Source: Candidatus Poribacteria bacterium
GTDB taxonomy: Bacteria; Poribacteria; WGA-4E; UBA9662
Length of the DNA stretch: 64,000 bases
Direction: 5' to 3'
Assembly (NCBI GenBank): GCA_046582655.1
Contig: JAYGDX010000198.1
Span: forward strand, 1 to 64,000
How positions within the stretch are numbered: position 1 is the first letter of the stretch; the number at the start of each line of letters is the position of its first letter. The notes below the pieces were generated by a model. That model was given only the letters and a program-made list of their open reading frames with translations. It made no database searches and was not told the origin of the DNA. Below are positions 61,797 to 64,000 of this stretch, in pieces. The translations under genes were made by a program, and so were the position numbers.

Positions 61797-63257
61797 CTAA
61801 AAAGGCGTATCGGCAGTTGTATGCGGACACCACCGGGATGATAGCAATGCATAAAATAACGCGTCTTCAGCCTTTTTATTGTTGATCCGCTTTAAGGCTG
61901 TAGCTGCATAGAAACGGACATAACGATCATCGTCGTTCATCAATTTCTCCACTAGTAGCGGTAACATTTCATCCTCTGTTTGTACCAGTTTACTTAGCGC
62001 AATCAGCACATTCCGACGAACAAGTTCGTTGTCATCATCTAGCAGCAACTTCAATTGATCTAGGACGTTTCGGTTCGTCGAGCCAATATTCCCTAGGGCT
62101 TCAGTAGCATTTCGGCGCACCCACCATTCCGAGTCCTGTAACCTGTTTACAAGCTCAGAAACAGCATCTTCTTGGTGCATGACTGGAACGATATTTCCGA
62201 TGATGTCAGCTGCGGCAGCCCGCACAAACCAGTCAGGGTCATTTAGTGTTTGGATCAGTTGTGGAACAGCGATTTCTCCCAAAGCTGTCAGCGCGTGACT
62301 CGAGTATAGATCTGAAGGGTTTCCTCCTTGAGGGTTGGTCGCGTTAGATTTGGTCATGTCCTGATACAATAACAGTGACTCTGACTTCAAGGCTTCTATC
62401 AGAGTTGTCACCGCAGACTCTCCCATACTACCAAGGGTATAAGCGGAGTTAATGCGAATTGTCTCGTTTGGATCAGACAAATCCTGCACCAGTTTTGAAA
62501 CCTTCTTTTGATCGGCGGAGGCATTATTGTGGACTGCTGTTTTTTTTCCACAAAGCCAATTCCATACATTTTCGGATAATGCGTTGTGATTGTCATCTTC
62601 AACTGGTTTCCACTTGAGGTTCCCTACGTGCCATGTTGGTTTTGTCGGTTCTTCCATGCGAGTGAATTGGAACTTAAGCATATACCGTTTCTTATCGGTA
62701 TTGTTGGTTGATCCCCGATGCCAGACGTCAAAGTTGACAATTGAGATAGTTCCTGCTTTACCGCAAAGTTTAGTCTCGTCCTCTGTGGTTTCGCCGGGAC
62801 TGGTACTGGAGATTGTGTTGTAATATTGTCGACCCGGCAGAGTTGCTGTTGCTCCCATATCGGCAGTTACATCCTGGGGATAGTAAAAGGCCATTACCCA
62901 ACGGAACCGATGGTGGCGTACGTTCTGATCGAAGATGTAGTCATCTTTGTGCCACCCCTGGTCCTCACTGCCTGGATCTCTCAAATGGCAATAACGGTGT
63001 GGGTGGATAACATAGTTTTCACCCAGCAAACTGGTCAATGCACCCACTACTTTGGGGTGGTCGAATACTTTTTGAATGTTGGGAATTCGGGGTAAAATAT
63101 TGTTTCCCGGGTTACCTTCTGTTTCAAGTACGTGTTCGATCTGATCATATATTTGCTGATGCAGATTATCTTCAAAGTCGGTCTGTACCTGAACGTAACC
63201 CCGAGTGATAAAATGCCGCATGTTCTCGTCAGACAAAAGGTAATTTTTGCTCGCCAT
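61797..63257 (-). CDS. PhyH-family dioxygenase fused to C-terminal HEAT (PBS-lyase-like) repeats
   Basis: N-terminal FITRGY, WHKD, WHRG..R; C-terminal repeats L.D....VR..AA.ALG.I. Confidence 0.88.
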   Translation of the reverse strand: MASKNYLLSDENMRHFITRGYVQVQTDFEDNLHQQIYDQIEHVLETEGNPGNNILPRIPNIQKVFDHPKVVGALTSLLGENYVIHPHRYCHLRDPGSEDQGWHKDDYIFDQNVRHHRFRWVMAFYYPQDVTADMGATATLPGRQYYNTISSTSPGETTEDETKLCGKAGTISIVNFDVWHRGSTNNTDKKRYMLKFQFTRMEEPTKPTWHVGNLKWKPVEDDNHNALSENVWNWLCGKKTAVHNNASADQKKVSKLVQDLSDPNETIRINSAYTLGSMGESAVTTLIEALKSESLLLYQDMTKSNATNPQGGNPSDLYSSHALTALGEIAVPQLIQTLNDPDWFVRAAAADIIGNIVPVMHQEDAVSELVNRLQDSEWWVRRNATEALGNIGSTNRNVLDQLKLLLDDDNELVRRNVLIALSKLVQTEDEMLPLLVEKLMNDDDRYVRFYAATALKRINNKKAEDALFYALLSSRWCPHTTADTPF

Positions 63258-63341
63258 CTTTTCCTCTATATGACATGTTAACTAATTTAATCTAAGCTTT
63301 TGAATTGCACGTTAATCTTTATTATTTGCGTGTCACCGGCG

Positions 63342-64000
63342 TCACACCGTCAGCTTTGCCCGCAACTGTTCCCATTCCGCCTCCTGAAGATGTGGCGGGA
63401 AAGTCAGGCGCCGGCCTTTTAGGGCTGACCGATATGCAGCCATTATGGCATCGAACCCGAGCTTGGCAAATTGGTAACGACAATGGTGAGATTGGCTTTC
63501 ATCAATTAACCATGTTGCTATTGCTTGTGTCAAACGCCGTTGTGCGGATATGTCGTCATGACCAAAATTAGTCGGTTCAATAAATTGTTGAGATACCCCA
63601 TCCAGCAGATATCCCCAGGACCCATTTTCACGCCACCACATCCGTCCTTTGGTTGCCCAAATATCAATGTTACATCTGGGATTACTGCCAGGAAAATCTG
63701 CGGTGCCTAAAGCCTGTCTGGTCGACTCAAAAAAGACGCGAATTCCACTGGGGAACGTATAAACAGCTATCAGATTCTCCGGGCAGTTCAACAAATCCGT
63801 CTGGTATGTCTCGCCGCCTTCAATTGTGGCCCAGACATCTGTGGGCGGAACGTCTCCAACTGTCAGTAACACCAGATCCATCAAGTGGGTATCCATGTCC
63901 GTGATTTCGCCTTGCGTACTGGCACGGACAAAATGCACCTCTCCCAATTTATCCTCGGCTTGAAATTCACGTATCTTGTCTGCAAATGGCAGATACCGGC
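63342..64000 (-). CDS. Gfo/Idh/MocA-like oxidoreductase, C-terminal part (start outside the window)
   Basis: GEVHFVRAST..DMDTHLMDL..DIWATKG..AIMAAYRSALKGRRLTFP. Confidence 0.7.
   Translation of the reverse strand, partial: RYLPFADKIREFQAEDKLGEVHFVRASTQGEITDMDTHLMDLVLLTVGDVPPTDVWATIEGGETYQTDLLNCPENLIAVYTFPSGIRVFFESTRQALGTADFPGSNPRCNIDIWATKGRMWWRENGSWGYLLDGVSQQFIEPTNFGHDDISAQRRLTQAIATWLIDESQSHHCRYQFAKLGFDAIMAAYRSALKGRRLTFPPHLQEAEWEQLRAKLTV

Noticed and set aside
1..64000. tRNA, rRNA, riboswitch or prophage
   Set aside because: No cloverleaf, rRNA-like tract, recognisable aptamer or phage structural gene was seen by eye; a covariance-model scan would be needed to exclude small RNAs.

Overview
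Bacterial chromosomal window, moderately AT-rich. The gene content most resembles Candidatus Poribacteria (inference): many Gfo/Idh/MocA oxidoreductases, four PhyH-type dioxygenases (one fused to HEAT repeats), sulfatase, FGE-domain, LamG, dockerin/cohesin and DUF6784/6785-like proteins. The right half is mostly intact: a sugar-catabolic cluster, acyl-CoA synthetase plus thiolase, a dockerin/cohesin gene pair, trpF, a GT-C glycosyltransferase, and a complete urtABCDE-ureDABCEFG urea operon behind a sigma-54 promoter. The left half (about 0.3-33 kb) mixes intact genes (tldD/tldE, cspA, pirin, IPNS-like oxygenase) with pseudogenes and IS remnants (IS982, IS5, IS1380). Three linked signals stand out. 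(1) About ten copies of a 25-27 bp AT-rich palindrome (TGTAYTTAAGTTWTAACTTAARTACA) sit at the boundaries of 1-2 gene modules, and an IS982-like element has inserted into a matching half-site. (2) Six unrelated exported proteins end in the same motif, V-x-P-x-x-K-L-x-x-x-W-G/A-x-I-K, a candidate C-terminal sorting signal, and four of the six are decaying. (3) A dockerin protein with an FlgD/T9SS-like tail lies next to a two-cohesin protein carrying that motif, a candidate minimal surface scaffold. All family calls are by eye; no searches were run.
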